From Octopus vulgaris (taxonomy: Eukaryota): a stretch of 64,000 nt of DNA. Position numbers and translations under genes: made by a program. Below, in pieces: positions 30,417 to 44,590 of the stretch. How positions within the stretch are numbered: the first letter of the stretch is position 1; every line of letters starts with the position of its first letter. The stretch lies in assembly GCA_951406725.2 (NCBI GenBank), contig OX597825.1, positions 27,528,001-27,592,000 of the forward strand. The letters are read 5' to 3'. The notes below the pieces were generated by a model, which was given only the letters and a program-made list of their open reading frames with translations, did not search any database and was not told where the DNA came from.

Positions 30417-30497
30417 CACATATATTTATATACCTATATATATATATCTGTTTACTTGTATATATGTATGTATGTATATCTGTTTACTTGTATACAT

Positions 30498-30539
<42 letters not shown>

Positions 30540-30540
30540 G

Positions 30541-30571
<31 letters not shown>

Positions 30572-31385
30572 TATGTATGTATGTATGTATGTATGTATGT
30601 ATGTATGTATGTATGTATGTATGTATGTGGATACGTATGCATAGAGAAAAAACAGACAGAAAACAAAGAAACAGACACAAAGTCAGACGCGTATACAGGC
30701 ACAGATAAACAGACGGAGAGACATACAGACAGACAGATAGAAATTGCACAGGAGATTAGATGTATAGAAAAAATATAGATAATACGGAAAAAGAAAATAA
30801 GAAAACATCTCTCTCTTTTTTTCCCCTACATTTTTTTCGTCCTTATAAAAATACTATGTGAAGGTGTTAATGTCAGTATTCCGTACGATATCAAGTTCAA
30901 TAGGTCATTCGTTTTTGCTTTCTTTCCGAGTAAATCTAGTAAATCTAGTTATGTATTCTACATAAAAAAAATATAATAAGATTTCTACTGTTGCAATTTT
31001 TCAGCGAACTCTACACAAGATATACAATTGAAAATAACTTACATTGACATCGTTGCAAAATGGCCGAAGATAGTTTAATTTGCTATCTGCACGTTTAATG
31101 CTCCTGGGAATATATCTGCATTTTTCTTTCTCTTTTACAACAATATTCATGTGTTATTGATTATATCAATCTTGCTTTCCAAGACGTCTATCAAGACCGG
31201 TCAGATATGGAAGCTACATTTGGAAAGGAATACAAATTCTTCGAGCATAATAGGCTTGGAATGCTACATACACATAAGTGTGTGCGAATGGTAATTCGTA
31301 CGTATTCAGTGTCATATTTCTATTCGAATTTCTATATATGTGTATGTATGTGTGCATGTATATATATGCATGTGTGTATGCTTAT

Positions 31386-31464
<79 letters not shown>

Positions 31465-31586
31465 GTGTGTGTGTGTGTGTGTGTGTATGTATATACATGT
31501 ACATGTATATAAATATGTATATAGATAATCATATATATATATATGTATATATATATATTTATATATATATACATATATGTAAATAC

Positions 31587-31649
<63 letters not shown>

Positions 31650-31879
31650 ACAAAGAAGAGATTCAGTGATAAAATTGGAGAGCTAAATTTGCATAAAGGG
31701 AAGGAAACTTATCAGATCATAAAAAAATTATCACATATAAATGCATTGGTGTTTATATATTTATGAAAGCAGTAGAAAGAAATTATTCACATTTCTCAGA
31801 GAAGAATGCATTCTTTCATTGACACCGCGAATTTACTTCTTTTCTTAAACTTTCTGTTTCTTAAACTTCTGTTTCATAA

Positions 31880-32290
31880 ACTTTCCTCTAGGCGACACCC
31901 GGCAAATTTGCTGTTTTAGCGACAACATAATTCAATTTGCTTTGGCATTTTTGCTACGTGAAGCAAAGTTTCATATTGGTGTCTCTTAAATCTAAACGCC
32001 AATGCCGAAATGTCTTTAGTAAAAATGTTCTTTGCGTTGCTTTCCTTTATTTTGTGAATGTAATCTATATTGGTTTTCCTTAAATGCCATGGTATGATAA
32101 ACTTTATAACTCTGGACATTGTCAACGTTTTTACTTTGGTTCCTTCCTTTTATCTAGCCTAGTCACAATATACGCGAATAACTCAGAATTTGTTTCAAAT
32201 CTTGCTTGGACTTCTAGATTTTCATTATTTTCATATTTTCTTTCATTTATTCTCTGTTCTTTATTTGCCTTCAAATTTATTATTATCCAT
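31880..32290 (-). pseudogene. Possible decayed Penelope GIY-YIG endonuclease region
   Basis: Stitched minus-strand frames: NENLEVQARFETNSELFAYIV..YHTMAFK..YIHKIKESN..DISALAF..KLCFT..CR..RGKF, loosely matching the PLE endonuclease pattern (N.VYQA..YIG..H..F..YIW.LK..C.LC..CRH..KF). Heavily degraded. Confidence 0.4.
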
Positions 32291-32573
32291 GAACCTACTC
32301 ATGTTCTTTTTATCAGTTTTTTTAATACACACCTACGTCCATTTTGTCTTTGCTTTTTCATTTACTAAAGTTCTGGGAAGACCCTTTAGTGACAACTGGC
32401 TATTTCTGTTCCTCTTTCTCTTAGAAATTCACGGTTAATCTTTCACCTCACTAAGTAACGAATAGATCTATCTCTCTTGATAATAACCATTCTATTTTCA
32501 CTACTTATGCGCATAATAATTGAATTACTTTATTCTAGTAGCACAGAAAGGAAGAAAGTAAGCAGCCAAATAC

Positions 32574-32614
<41 letters not shown>

Positions 32615-32797
32615 GTATACTTATTCAAGTACATATATGTATAGGGAAATAGTTGAGTTGGTAAACGTTTTTAATGTTCATTCCTTTCGAGAATTATCCT
32701 TTTTTTGTGGTTTTGAGATTTCTACTGCTCTTTCTAGCAAAACGCTTTCCTATTTGGAAGCCTCTTATTGTATATGTGTATGCAATATGTATGTATG

Positions 32798-32849
<52 letters not shown>

Positions 32850-32902
32850 TACACATAAATATATGCATGTGCGTATATACATCTACGTATATATACATAT
32901 AC

Positions 32903-32955
<53 letters not shown>

Positions 32956-33065
32956 TAGAAGGTTTGGAGTTGATGTACAGGTATTATATATTAGAAAAAA
33001 TAAGGTATTCAGAGATCTGGATGGTTGTACATATACAAATATTTATTAACGTGTCATAGTTTTAC

Positions 33066-33107
33066 AAATTACACATTTTCATTTAATCTAATAGAATCTT
33101 CAGATTT
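33066..33107 (-). ncRNA. Decayed hammerhead-like motif
   Basis: Minus strand AAAT-CTGAAGA-..-GAAAA-TGTG-TA-ATTT; TGTG is consistent with CpG decay of a CGCG palindrome. Confidence 0.4.
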
Positions 33108-33859
33108 ACATTCTGTGAAGGGATTTGTCTCTTTTTATAGCATTAGTGAATGGATTGGGGTGGAGAGAGAGAGGTGGAAAATTAAGTAAAGTGGAATGTA
33201 CATGGTAGGAAAAGAGGGAGAGAAACGGAGAGATAGTGGAGGGGAAAGTCAAAGAGAGTGTGTGCGTGTGTTTGTATGTGTGTGTGTGTGCGTGCGTGTG
33301 CGTATGCGTGTGTGTCTGTTTGTGTGTGTGTATGTGTGTGTGCGTGTGTTGTTTGTGTGCCTGTGTTGTTGAAGGGAAGTGTTTTGAACTGGAGATAAGG
33401 AAACAGAATATTTTAAAGTAGGTGGGTGGAACTAATGCTTACTTTGATTCAGTCAGCTTACCAGGGGGTCTGAAAGGAAAACGTTTTCAAAGTGAAAAAT
33501 GTGTTTGTTTCCTTAATGTCAATGGAAAATAGAAGGAAAGACAGAAGAAAAATGCGTTTATATCTATACAGTTGGTCAGTTCTTTCAATAGAAGATGACA
33601 AGTTGATTCTTGGTCTGTGAAAACGGCATAGACCAGGTTGATAGTCTAAGGGTGGTCTGTTTTGATGAGGAATAATGAAAGTTGTTTTTCACAAAATTGT
33701 CTGGACTTATTATCATCATCATTATCTTCATTGTTCAATGTTTGATTCAAATGGTGGTGCTTGTGGGAAAATCTGGATGCAAGAATGTCTCTATTTATGT
33801 ATATACATACGCACACAAAGCTCACACATACATGTGTGTACACACACACACACACACAC

Positions 33860-33940
<81 letters not shown>

Positions 33941-33943
<3 letters not shown>

Positions 33944-35022
33944 TGTCATTAAAATGAAATGTCCGATTTTCAACTGAAAGCTTATTTTACTTTATCTCAA
34001 TGAAAAGCAGTGCAGTTAATCAAAGTGTACACCTAAAACCTCAACACAAATTCGCCATTTTATCGGTATCTTATTTATGGCGGCAGTGAAGAATCTTGGA
34101 GCGCAATATGTGATGAAATTAGAAAGACTGTTTTCACATCTGTTTTAGATTTGGCGTTCTTTTCCTTGCAAAAAGTTGCGTAATGCCCGGAAAATATGAT
34201 AGTCTGTTGGTGCAAGGTCTGATGAATATGGTGGATGACAGAGTACTTCCACGTTCAGTTCCTGTAACTAGAGTAGCGTTCTTTGTGCAACATGTGGTCG
34301 AACATTGGCTTGCAAGAGAATTGGCTTGTCTGTATTGACCAATCCCAGTTGTTTAATTGCAAGTTCACTCATCATTTCATTCAGTTGGTTGATGTATACA
34401 TTCGCTGCAATTAACATACCAGGTCTCATGACGCTGTAGTGGATAACCCGAGCGCTGAAACACCAAACAAACACCATTAGCTTTTTGGGGTGAATATTCT
34501 GATTTGGATTGTGTTTTGGTACGTCCTCTCTATCCACCCACCGTGCATTATTATTTGCTATTATTGAAAAGAATTCATTTTTCGTCACACGTAACAATAC
34601 GCTGCAACAATGATTCGCTTTTATGCCGTGACAGCAAAGAACAGCAAGTTTAAAGGCGACATCTCATTTGATGGCCCTTCACTTGTCCAGCTTCTGTACG
34701 TTGCTGATTTGTTTGAGACGGTCCAGTAGAAATGGAATCGAAACATCAAACTTTGTTGCTACCTCATACGTAGTTTGTGATATATCCGCTTCCACTGCCG
34801 TTTCTAGCTCATCGTTATTCACCTTGGTCTCAAGTCTACCGCTGAGCTGATTTTCAAGATTAAAATCACTAGACTGGAAGTTCTCAAACCATCAACGTAC
34901 AATCCGCTCATTCGCCACATCTTCACCAAATACTTCATTGACGCTTCAAGCTGTTTTGAGTGCATTGTATCCATGACAGAACTTATATTCATAAACAACA
35001 TGATTTCTTTTTATCTATCCAT
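33941..35022 (-). mobile_element. Decayed mariner (DD34D) transposase gene and right end
   Basis: NEVFGEDVANERIVR*WFENF..DFNLEN, IHPKKLMVFVW, YINQLNEM, PILLQANVRPHVAQRT, LCHPPYSSDLAPTDYHIFRAL; start ~35022, stop ~34016; TIR-like end at 33941-33970 next to (TA)n. Confidence 0.92.
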
Positions 35023-35236
35023 GGGTTCACAAAAACTGATTTACTGGAGAAGAGCACACTATCATAAGACACCATAAATTGCATTTGGAAAAGCGATGAT
35101 ATAACTCTTCAATGTTGTAAAACAAAGAATTGTCAGGATAAAACAGTTAAGTTAACGGAGTTTTTGTGTTTCTTAAATGGCTTATAAGACCTTCCACGCT
35201 GCAATTGCTATGCAAGTACATCTCTGTAATATAAAA

Positions 35237-36197
35237 TTCAGTATTTATCAACAGTGAAAAATTGGGTGGCTGAATTTATGAGAAGAAGAGAGAGGTTTGC
35301 ATATGCCCCGATGTCTAAACATCTTGCAAATACCAACACCGAAGAAAACATTAATCGTGAAGACCATATGGTGATGGATGACTGGCGATTCACTATGAAT
35401 GAAATAGCCCATTCTATTAGCATATCCCGTGAGAGAGTTGAAAATATTCTGCACAATCAACTAGCATTACGAAGAGTTTTATTCTCCGGGTGCCACGTCT
35501 TCTTACCCCTGGTCGAATGCGCGACATGCCGTTCATATCAATAGAAAATCTAACATGGTTTGAGGCAGATCCATTAGGTTTCCTTGTTGAGTATTGGCTT
35601 TTAGCCAAAATCAAAGAGAAAATGCATGTAGTGGAATAAACCCCTCCTCAAAAGTTCCATAGAAGGTAAGGGACACTTCAACTGCCTCAGATTTTTAGGA
35701 TGTAGTTTTTAGTATTTACTAACAATTCTCATAAAGCCTCACCATGATGCCAGATACTATGCCAGTTTTCTGAGGCAGTTACAAGCTACCATGACCAAAG
35801 CCCTGGAAAAACTGACGAAAAGTGTTTTGTTTCAAAAGGACCATACTCCAGGACACAGCTCATAATTTCCAATGGTTGCTCAGCAGATTGTGGCTTTGAA
35901 ATGGTTGATCACTTTCGCTATTCTCGTAATTTGTTCCATCTGACTGTCACATGTTCTCCAAAATGAAAAACACTTGTCTGGGAGCCAGTATCGTATCGCA
36001 GGGGCAATGGCGTGATATCTGCTATTCTTGACGTTTTTGACCAACAAAATGGAAGTTTCTTCATCAGTGAGGCCGAAATACCGCAATATCGAGAGATAAA
36101 TTGTGTAGACAGCACTCGTAGCTATGTTAAAAATAAACCTTATTTGGTTACCGTCTATGAGAGTGTCTTGGTCAGCCTAAGAATATTTCTTTTCAGC
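35237..36197 (+). mobile_element. Second decayed mariner transposase (irritans/Hsmar2-like)
   Basis: STVKNWVAEF..NTEENI..MVMDDWRFTMNEIAHSISISRERVENILHNQL, YYASFLRQLQ, VLFQKDHTPGH and a degraded PYSPDLAPSD region; ends in a TIR-like GTCAGCCTAAGAA..TTCAGCA. Confidence 0.85.
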
Positions 36198-37050
36198 AGA
36201 CACACGTATGTATGTATGTATGTATGTATGTATGGATGTATGTATGTATGTATGTATGTATGTATATGGTTGCAGTCAAATATCAGAAACAAATAAAAGA
36301 ATAAAAGAATATATATTATATCGTAGATTTAAAATATGTTATTTACTGAGCATTTTGGAATATGTGAAATAACCTACCTATGACTTCAACGGTATCATAT
36401 AGCAATAGGTTTATTCTAAATACGGGTGAAGATTGTTATCTGAAATCAAATGAGAAAGTAATTATTAAGATCGATCCATCAATTCAAATTTTAGAGCATT
36501 TAAACTATTGTTAATTTAATCGAAAAGGGAAGTTTATGATTCTCTATTAGGATGAACATTGCTTATTCGAGCAAACATTTTATATCGTTTTATATCGTTC
36601 CTGTCCTACGCAACCATTTGCATTCCTTCACGAGGATGATTTCAAGAGAATCACAGTGCTAAGCCATCAGTGTTGCACGCCAAATAGAACAAATGAAAGT
36701 GCCTAAATGCTGAACGTGTATAACGAGGTGTTGAAACATCAATGTTACAGAAAGTACCATGTGAATTAAGAAATAAAACAGAATTAACTATTACGAAATA
36801 ATGGAATCATTTGTCGAAGACATGTTAATTAATGAAAGAATTAAAATATATTATAATTTTTTTGAAAGAGAATGTGGACTGACAAACCGATTTTGTGTTT
36901 GGTTTTTGTGTACTGATACGATAAATATAATTTGTTGTTTTAGGCTACTCAGCCTTTAGAAAGTGACCAAGTGTCATTGTCATCATTGAAATTGTAAAGT
37001 GAAATGCATACGTTCTTGGAGAACGCATTTTATAAAATGAATATAAACAT

Positions 37051-37462
37051 ATAGGCGCAGGAGTAGCTGTGTGGTAAGTAGCTTGCTTACCAACCACATG
37101 GTTCCGGGTTCAGTCCCACTGCGTGGCACCTTGGGCAAGTGTCTTCTACTATAGCCTCGGGCCGACCAAAGCCTTGTGAGTAGATTTGGTAGACGGAAAT
37201 TGAAAGAAGCCCGTCGTATATATATGTGTGTGTGCGTGTATGTTTGTGTGTCTGTGTTTGTCCCCCTAGCATTGAATGACAACCGATGCTGGTGTGTTGA
37301 CGTCCCCGTCACTTAGCGGTTCGGCAAAAGAGACTGATAGAATAAGTACTGGGCTTACAAAGAATAAGTCCCGGGGTCGATTTGCTCGACTAAAGGCGGT
37401 GCTCCAGCATGGCCGCAGTCAAATGATTGAAACAAGTAAAAGAGTAAAAGAGTAAAAGAGTA
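37051..37462 (+). mobile_element. tRNA-derived SINE family A, full-length (CORE-like central motif)
   Basis: Pol III A-box (TAGCTGTGTGG) and B-box (GGTTCAGTCCC), CORE-like CCTTGGGCAAGT, internal (TA)(TG) tract, (AAAGAGT)n tail; four other copies in the window. Confidence 0.9.
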
Positions 37463-39578
37463 TATTCAGGCATTAACCTGAAACGTCAAGTTTATTCTAA
37501 AAATATTCTAATTTGATGAGTATTATTTTGTTGGAATATTTTGATACCAATTTAACTGAATTTAATGCCTTTACCGTTGCAAAGGATCCATGCATTAGTC
37601 TTTGGTTAGATAGACCGGTGAGAAGAGAACCATAATGTGGATTTGAAATCACGAATACAACTCATTGTTCGTTGCTTAAAACTAGTAGATATAGAGAAAT
37701 ATCTGCAGCTTGATAAATATGAATATTGTGGAAAAAATTACTCTCGTAGCTTCAGTGTAGCACATTGTAATTGTGTACAAGACACTAAGATTTAGTGCTC
37801 CAGAAATAATCCTATATGAAATGGTCAAGTCCACTAGCTTTAGCTCTTCAATTCATTGTCTGACAGATTGATAATCAGCATAGGTGTCGAACTGCCTACC
37901 AAGAACATTACCGTAACTAACTATATTTCTGTTAGTAAATCCTGTACAACCGTTCAGTTGAATCAGACAGCGTAATATACAGGAATTAACCGTTTTCTTA
38001 GATTACATAGAAAACTCTTTGCAGTATTCATCATTGCTGACATTAACACAGACATACATTTCAAGAATATAAAATCAACACGGGGTAATTCTACCAAGCT
38101 ATACGCTATGTGACATATTTTCATGATTACTTCATTGGAACATAGTGAAGTATTCTTTTAGCTGTAGTAATATAATTTGTCATATTTTATTTCCTTTCTT
38201 TCTTGTCTAACAAACAGAAAATTTCTTTCTAAATAACCTGATAAATCGTCTTACTTCAGAGATCTTTTTACACAATTATGAGCATACTTTGTATTATGCT
38301 CACAAATCTTCTATGAGTGTAGGCAGTTATTACTTTCTTATTTCTTGCTTCTTTCTCTTCGTTGTAATATGATCAGAAGCAGTAACGTTAGTACACAAGG
38401 TTAACTGTCGCGAGATTCTTTTTCTTTCTTAATATTCTGTCAGTTCCAAGCAAAACGGTCTTTTGGTAATCTTCCAAATTCATTTGCACTTCTATCCGAT
38501 CCGATTTAGTGAAATAATTTTTTTGATTTTATTTTTACTTCATCATTTTATTTTTTTTGTTTGTAAATTTGTATGAAAGACCAATGTTCCAATTATTAAT
38601 GGGTCGATTTATTTTTCTTTCTTTTCATTCACATATCAATAACTACAAGTTATTAAATCTTTCGTTGAACATTCATTGAAAATTACACTTTTTCCCTCAC
38701 TTCATCGTTCCATCTCTCCAGCTCTCCATCTCTCCAGCTTTCCTCTTCGGTCTCTTCTTTTCTAATTCTCTTTGTCTCTCTTTTTCTTTCTCTCGGGACA
38801 TATAAAATTACAGTCACGCATAGATTTTCCTTGATCACCGAGATTTTAAGATGTCTGAGATGCAGTTAATGATCATGTTGAATATTTAAGTGTCTACACT
38901 AACTTAACGTACTCATTCTCATATTTTATCTAGAATATTGTTTATAAAATTTTCCTGATTCGGAATATTGATTACAAGCGTTCGACCAAGGACACATTTT
39001 TTAAAAAGTAAAAGCCGTAAAATTAATTGACCCCCTTCCTTGACTATAAATTATCCATAACTCCTCATCACTTCGAAGAGCCAATGAAGATCACGCCATC
39101 ATGTGAATTCACAGACAAATATATGTGATAGCTTTCTCTTTTCACCAATCTCCGGCATTCTCCTTTTCTCAATATCTTCCTTCAACACACATAGACATAC
39201 TTACCTACGTATAAACGCATGCATGCATTTATGTATATGTAGAACAATCCCTTTGGCCAAATTGTTCTCCAGTCTACTCTGACCCGAAGCAAGAGCACGA
39301 GATAACTAGAATGTGAATCACTGGGAGTGGATGATTTATAGTTCTTCTTAGAATGTCCTTCTAAGAGAAGGTAAATTTGGAGTGCAATTGGTCTCTTGTC
39401 GTCTCAACTTCTGCTGTGTAGCACTCAAAACAAATTCACGCTTAAGAGCTTAATAGAATATCACGACTATTGCACGAAATGGTCTTATTCGGTCACGAGT
39501 TCACTTCTAACACGCACGTGCATAGACACACGCATACACACCCTCACACAAAAAACACACACATACACGCATACATAC

Positions 39579-39682
<104 letters not shown>

Positions 39683-39735
39683 ATCTGAGTGTGTGTATGT
39701 GAGTGTGCGTATATGTGTGTTTGCGCACTTCTGCT

Positions 39736-39779
<44 letters not shown>

Positions 39780-40090
39780 TAAATAGATGTTCGTGTACAT
39801 ATGTGCGTGTTTGCGTGTGTAATGAATTTATGCATATTTGAACGGATATATTATGGAATTGATATAAGTGGCGCCATGCAGGTCATTTTTAGCAATATAA
39901 TAATTTTGGTCACAACATCATAAAAATTGAACAAACAATTATCACTCTATATTATTTCGGCATTCGATATAGTCTACTTGTCTTGTAATTGACTGCAGCA
40001 GAATAAACTACTTCACTGCCATTCAATAATATTGTAAATAATACTTTGGCACAAATCGTGGTCCTTAGAGACTTTTAACGGGTATCAACG

Positions 40091-40145
<55 letters not shown>

Positions 40146-40372
40146 TAGTTGAATGAATTATCCTAGTATGGATAATTCGGTTAACCGATACCCGGGTAGC
40201 AAATTTACGTTAGAAAGCACGGTTGAAGCTACATGCCAAGGGCAGAAATCACGTACTTTCGTGTGGAAATTTGTGTGTTTTTTTACTATAAATAAATGAA
40301 AGAATGGAGTCTAATGACGATTTAGCAAAATTCCATTCTTTCATTTATTTATATATATATATACTAATACAC

Positions 40373-40673
40373 TCCAGGGTAGCAAAAATAAAGAAAATTT
40401 CTTTGCTACCAGTGGTCTAGCGAAGAGGAAAAAATTTAGTCAGTAGTCTATATATTTTTCATATAAAAATACAGTTTACATTTAAACACATAAGAGATGA
40501 CCATAACAGTTTAACTATTCCTTCTAGCGGGTCAGATGTCCTGTTATGGCCTTCTCTGGTTTGTTTAAATGTGCACTGTATTTTTTACATGAATAATATA
40601 TATTCTATTGACTAAATTTTTTCTTCTCGCTAGACCACTGGTAGAAATTTTCGAAATATTTTTGCTACCTGGA
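40373..40673. mobile_element. Foldback/MITE-like palindromic element (~135-bp imperfect arms, 31-bp loop)
   Basis: Arms 40373-40509 and 40541-40673 are reverse complements (TACCAGTGGTCTAGCGA/TCGCTAGACCACTGGTA; CCATAACAG/CTGTTATGG). Confidence 0.8.
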
Positions 40674-40846
40674 ATTTATTAATAATAATATAATGACTTT
40701 TGAAAGAAAATCGTCATTTTTTCTTGCGCGGTGGATTTTGAAAATTTATAACAAGAGCCAGATGGAATCGGAATTTCCTGGGGCTAAACATCAGTAACAT
40801 TCGTCCCAATCGGGACTTCCACATTATGTTGGCAAATAGTTTTTAC

Positions 40847-40891
<45 letters not shown>

Positions 40892-40935
40892 TTAACAATA
40901 ATAGTATGTTATCAGGTTAAAGCTTATAGCTTTTG

Positions 40936-41174
40936 CTAACGAAAATAGCCTAATAATGGAGCATATAAGCCCATGACAGTAAAACGTAGGTTTTTTTCCG
41001 GACGAGTGGAACTCGAACCCGCATCTCTCTGTTTACGTGACACACGAGTATAATCGGTAGCACACTCGGTCGCGTAAACAGAGTACTGTGGGTTCAAGTC
41101 CCACGCGTACGGGAAAACATTTTTTTTTTCTGTCGAAGATTTTATATCACTCATTACTGAGATCTTTTCGTTAG
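40936..41174. pseudogene. Head-to-head inverted pair of tRNA-Thr(CGT)-like sequences with shared downstream flank
   Basis: Plus arm AGTATAATCGGTAGCAC..CGGTCG-CGT-AAACAGAG..GGTTCAAGTCCC with T-run at 41120-41129; minus arm 40994-41041 mirrors it; inverted similarity extends to CTAACGAAAA/TTTTCGTTAG. Confidence 0.6.
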
Positions 41175-41297
41175 TCATTGCTTGGTAATCGGTATACGTT
41201 TTTAGTTAATAAATTACTACTATTATTATTATTTAGACACTGCTTAACAAAACCGTTCGCAAAATGTATATATGTATGTACATATATATATACATAT

Positions 41298-41373
<76 letters not shown>

Positions 41374-41471
41374 TAGGGAGAGAGAGAGTTTACGAAAAAA
41401 ACAAAAGACGAAGACAGGTGGTATACAAAACAAACATATGTATTAGTATAACGCTCAGGAATAGAAAAAGT

Positions 41472-41507
41472 CTTTTACGTTTCGAGTCTACGCTCTTCTA
41501 CAGAAAG
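41472..41507 (-). ncRNA. Minimal hammerhead motif with variant core CTGTAGA
   Basis: Minus strand CTTT-CTGTAGA-a-GAG-cgtaga-CTC-GAAA-CG-TA-AAAG; lies between (GA)/(TA) tracts. Confidence 0.6.
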
Positions 41508-41669
41508 GTGCACAGAAAAAACAAGGAGAGAAAAAAATGTGTGTTGTGGCTAATACATATATGTAGTATATACATATATATACACACATATGTATATATA
41601 TATACACATATGTATATATATAAACATATATATATATATACATATATATATATATGTATATATACACAC

Positions 41670-41725
<56 letters not shown>

Positions 41726-43129
41726 TTATATGTATCTGTGATTGAGCATGTGTGTGTGTGTTTGTGTGTGTGTGTGTGGTGACTATATGAAAGTACCTCA
41801 AGATATAAATCGCTAAGCGGAAATAAGCCTTACACATGCATATCGTATTCTGGCGTATAATCACAGTCGACGAATGATATCGCACACGCAATTAGTATTC
41901 TGTCAAGACATCCATATTTTTGCTCTTACCTGTGGATTCAGTTTTTAATTGCTTTTTTAGTAACTCCAACGCTTGAATACTTTTTCCTTTTTGCTCCTCT
42001 TAGGTTACAACTTTTCGAATCATTAGCCTAGGTGTATCGCTTTATGGGATTCTTCCCGTTAGACTCCAGTTACATCACTAAAGAGTAAGTTAGCTTCGTT
42101 TATATCTGGATAATCTGAGATTTAGTTTCGTTTACATCTGAATACTCGGTGCATGCCACATTTTGAATAATACTCCTTGAAGTCCTCAGAACTTGGCTTT
42201 CTCACAACACACAAATAGCTTCGTTAGACACGAGTGATTGAAATAACTTAAGGAGGTGCTGGTGGGTACATAGGCGTTTCGTGTATACATTATGCAGATA
42301 CTCCTACGCTAATATGGCGAGATTTTACTGAGTTTTGTTGAATATTCTGTTCTGTGATCTTATTGTGTATGGAATATAATTGCCGTTCTCTCCTCTCACT
42401 ATAGTTTGCTGTTGATCAGAAAGCACTTGACAGAATAAATAATGTAAACGATTTATATTGCGTATAGCGGTGGATTTGTTCGATTAAACCCCTTAATAAC
42501 ATATACCAGAATAGCCACAGTTCAATGACGAAAACTAATAAAACACATAGGAATGAAAGACGCGATATTTTATCCTATGATCCATTGATTACTGTTGGAG
42601 CAATGACCTTCCGTGTGCTACATGATAAAAACAATAATAAATGTTATCAACACAAATATAATACAAGAAATATATATAGCTATCGGTTGTCATGAAAAGG
42701 TTACAGCAATGTTTTTTTAGAAAAGCCAAAGAAGATGGCTGTTAGTAAATATCTTTTTTTTCTGACTGCCTGGTAGATTGGCTGTCTAGCTCATTGGCTG
42801 AGTGAGTTATTGCTTGATGGATTGGCTAGTTGCTAGGATGACAAGTATAGGCATGATTAATTGAAGCTTTTAGTAAAAATTGTAAAGAATTGTCATAGGA
42901 ACAAATGACACAAAAAGCAAATAAAATGTACTCAGTATAAACACACACAAAAAGATGTTTTCATTCTTTTAGAAAAAGATGTAAAGAAGTCAAAAGTTAA
43001 AATATACAGGTTTCATTTTAAAGAAATGTCCATGAAAAAAAAGAAAGCTAGAAAAGATAAAACGATGTGAAAACACTAATATTTCTTACATGTGATCTCT
43101 CTCTCTCTCTCTCACCAATTTTATTCTAG

Positions 43130-43142
43130 AATATATTATTAC

Positions 43143-43197
<55 letters not shown>

Positions 43198-43290
43198 GTC
43201 GTTATTTTTTGGTGTGATTGCTGTAGCTGGTGTTGGTTTATTTACTGTACATGTATGTATGATGTACGTACTTATCCATAACTATATTTG

Positions 43291-43373
<83 letters not shown>

Positions 43374-43445
43374 GTATATGTATATATATGTATATGTATA
43401 TGTATATATATATATGTATACATATACATATATATATACACATAC

Positions 43446-43509
<64 letters not shown>

Positions 43510-43842
43510 AGAGCAAACTCTACTGTTTTCCTGCAGCAATAAAAAGAATATATTTGAATAAAAAAAGAAGAAAGGATGAGACAGAAAAGACATTTGTTGA
43601 CATGCCATTCTCTTTGCTTTGATCTTCTTGATATTAGAATAGTGCTTGCTCATATTGCAATTTGTTACATTCTAGTTTTTTTCGGGGGGTGGGGTAAGAT
43701 TACTACTACTACTACAACTACTACTATTATTATTATTATTATTATTATTATTAGTAGTAGTAGTAGTAGTAGTAGTATCATTATTATTATTATCATTATT
43801 ATTATCATAATTAATTATTATTACTATTATCAATTATTATTA

Positions 43843-43890
<48 letters not shown>

Positions 43891-44253
43891 GTAGTAGTAG
43901 TAGTAGTAGTAGTAGTATTTGTTGTTGTAGTAGTAGTAGTAGTAGTAGTAGTAATAGTAGTTGTAGTAGTTGTAGTAGTATTTATTATCATCACCGTCAT
44001 CACAATAGTATTCGTCATCTTCGTGATCATAGTCATCGTACACATCACCATCAACATCATGACTTCTGATCATGTTAAAAATTGCTACTATAAACGCAGG
44101 TACAGAAGCAGATTCGAAAGCATACACACATCAATATAAACTTGTGTTATTGCGTTTTACTGATTTTCTGTTATTCTATTTATTTATTTATATATTCATT
44201 TATTTTACCTTATTTCATATCTCGGAAAAATGTTTTAAATTATTTTTGTTTGA

Positions 44254-44301
<48 letters not shown>

Positions 44302-44535
44302 ATTATTTTCATTATTATTATTATTTTTATTATTATTATGCTTATGTTTATGTTTTTCCAGATTGTTCACAGGAAAGAAAGAGTGCAGAGCGCAATTTCA
44401 TTTATTCTCTGTCCTCAACATCGCAGCCATTACCATCAACAGTATCACCACCATCTTCGTCATTCCCATAATTCATCATCGTCATCATCATCATCATCAT
44501 TATTATCATCATCGTCATCATCATCATCGTCATCG

Positions 44536-44569
<34 letters not shown>

Positions 44570-44590
44570 TATCATCATCATCATCTTATG
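43130..44590. repeat. Cluster of (ATT)n, (TATC)n, (TA)n, (AGT)n and (CAT)n microsatellites
   Basis: Direct inspection. Confidence 0.9.
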
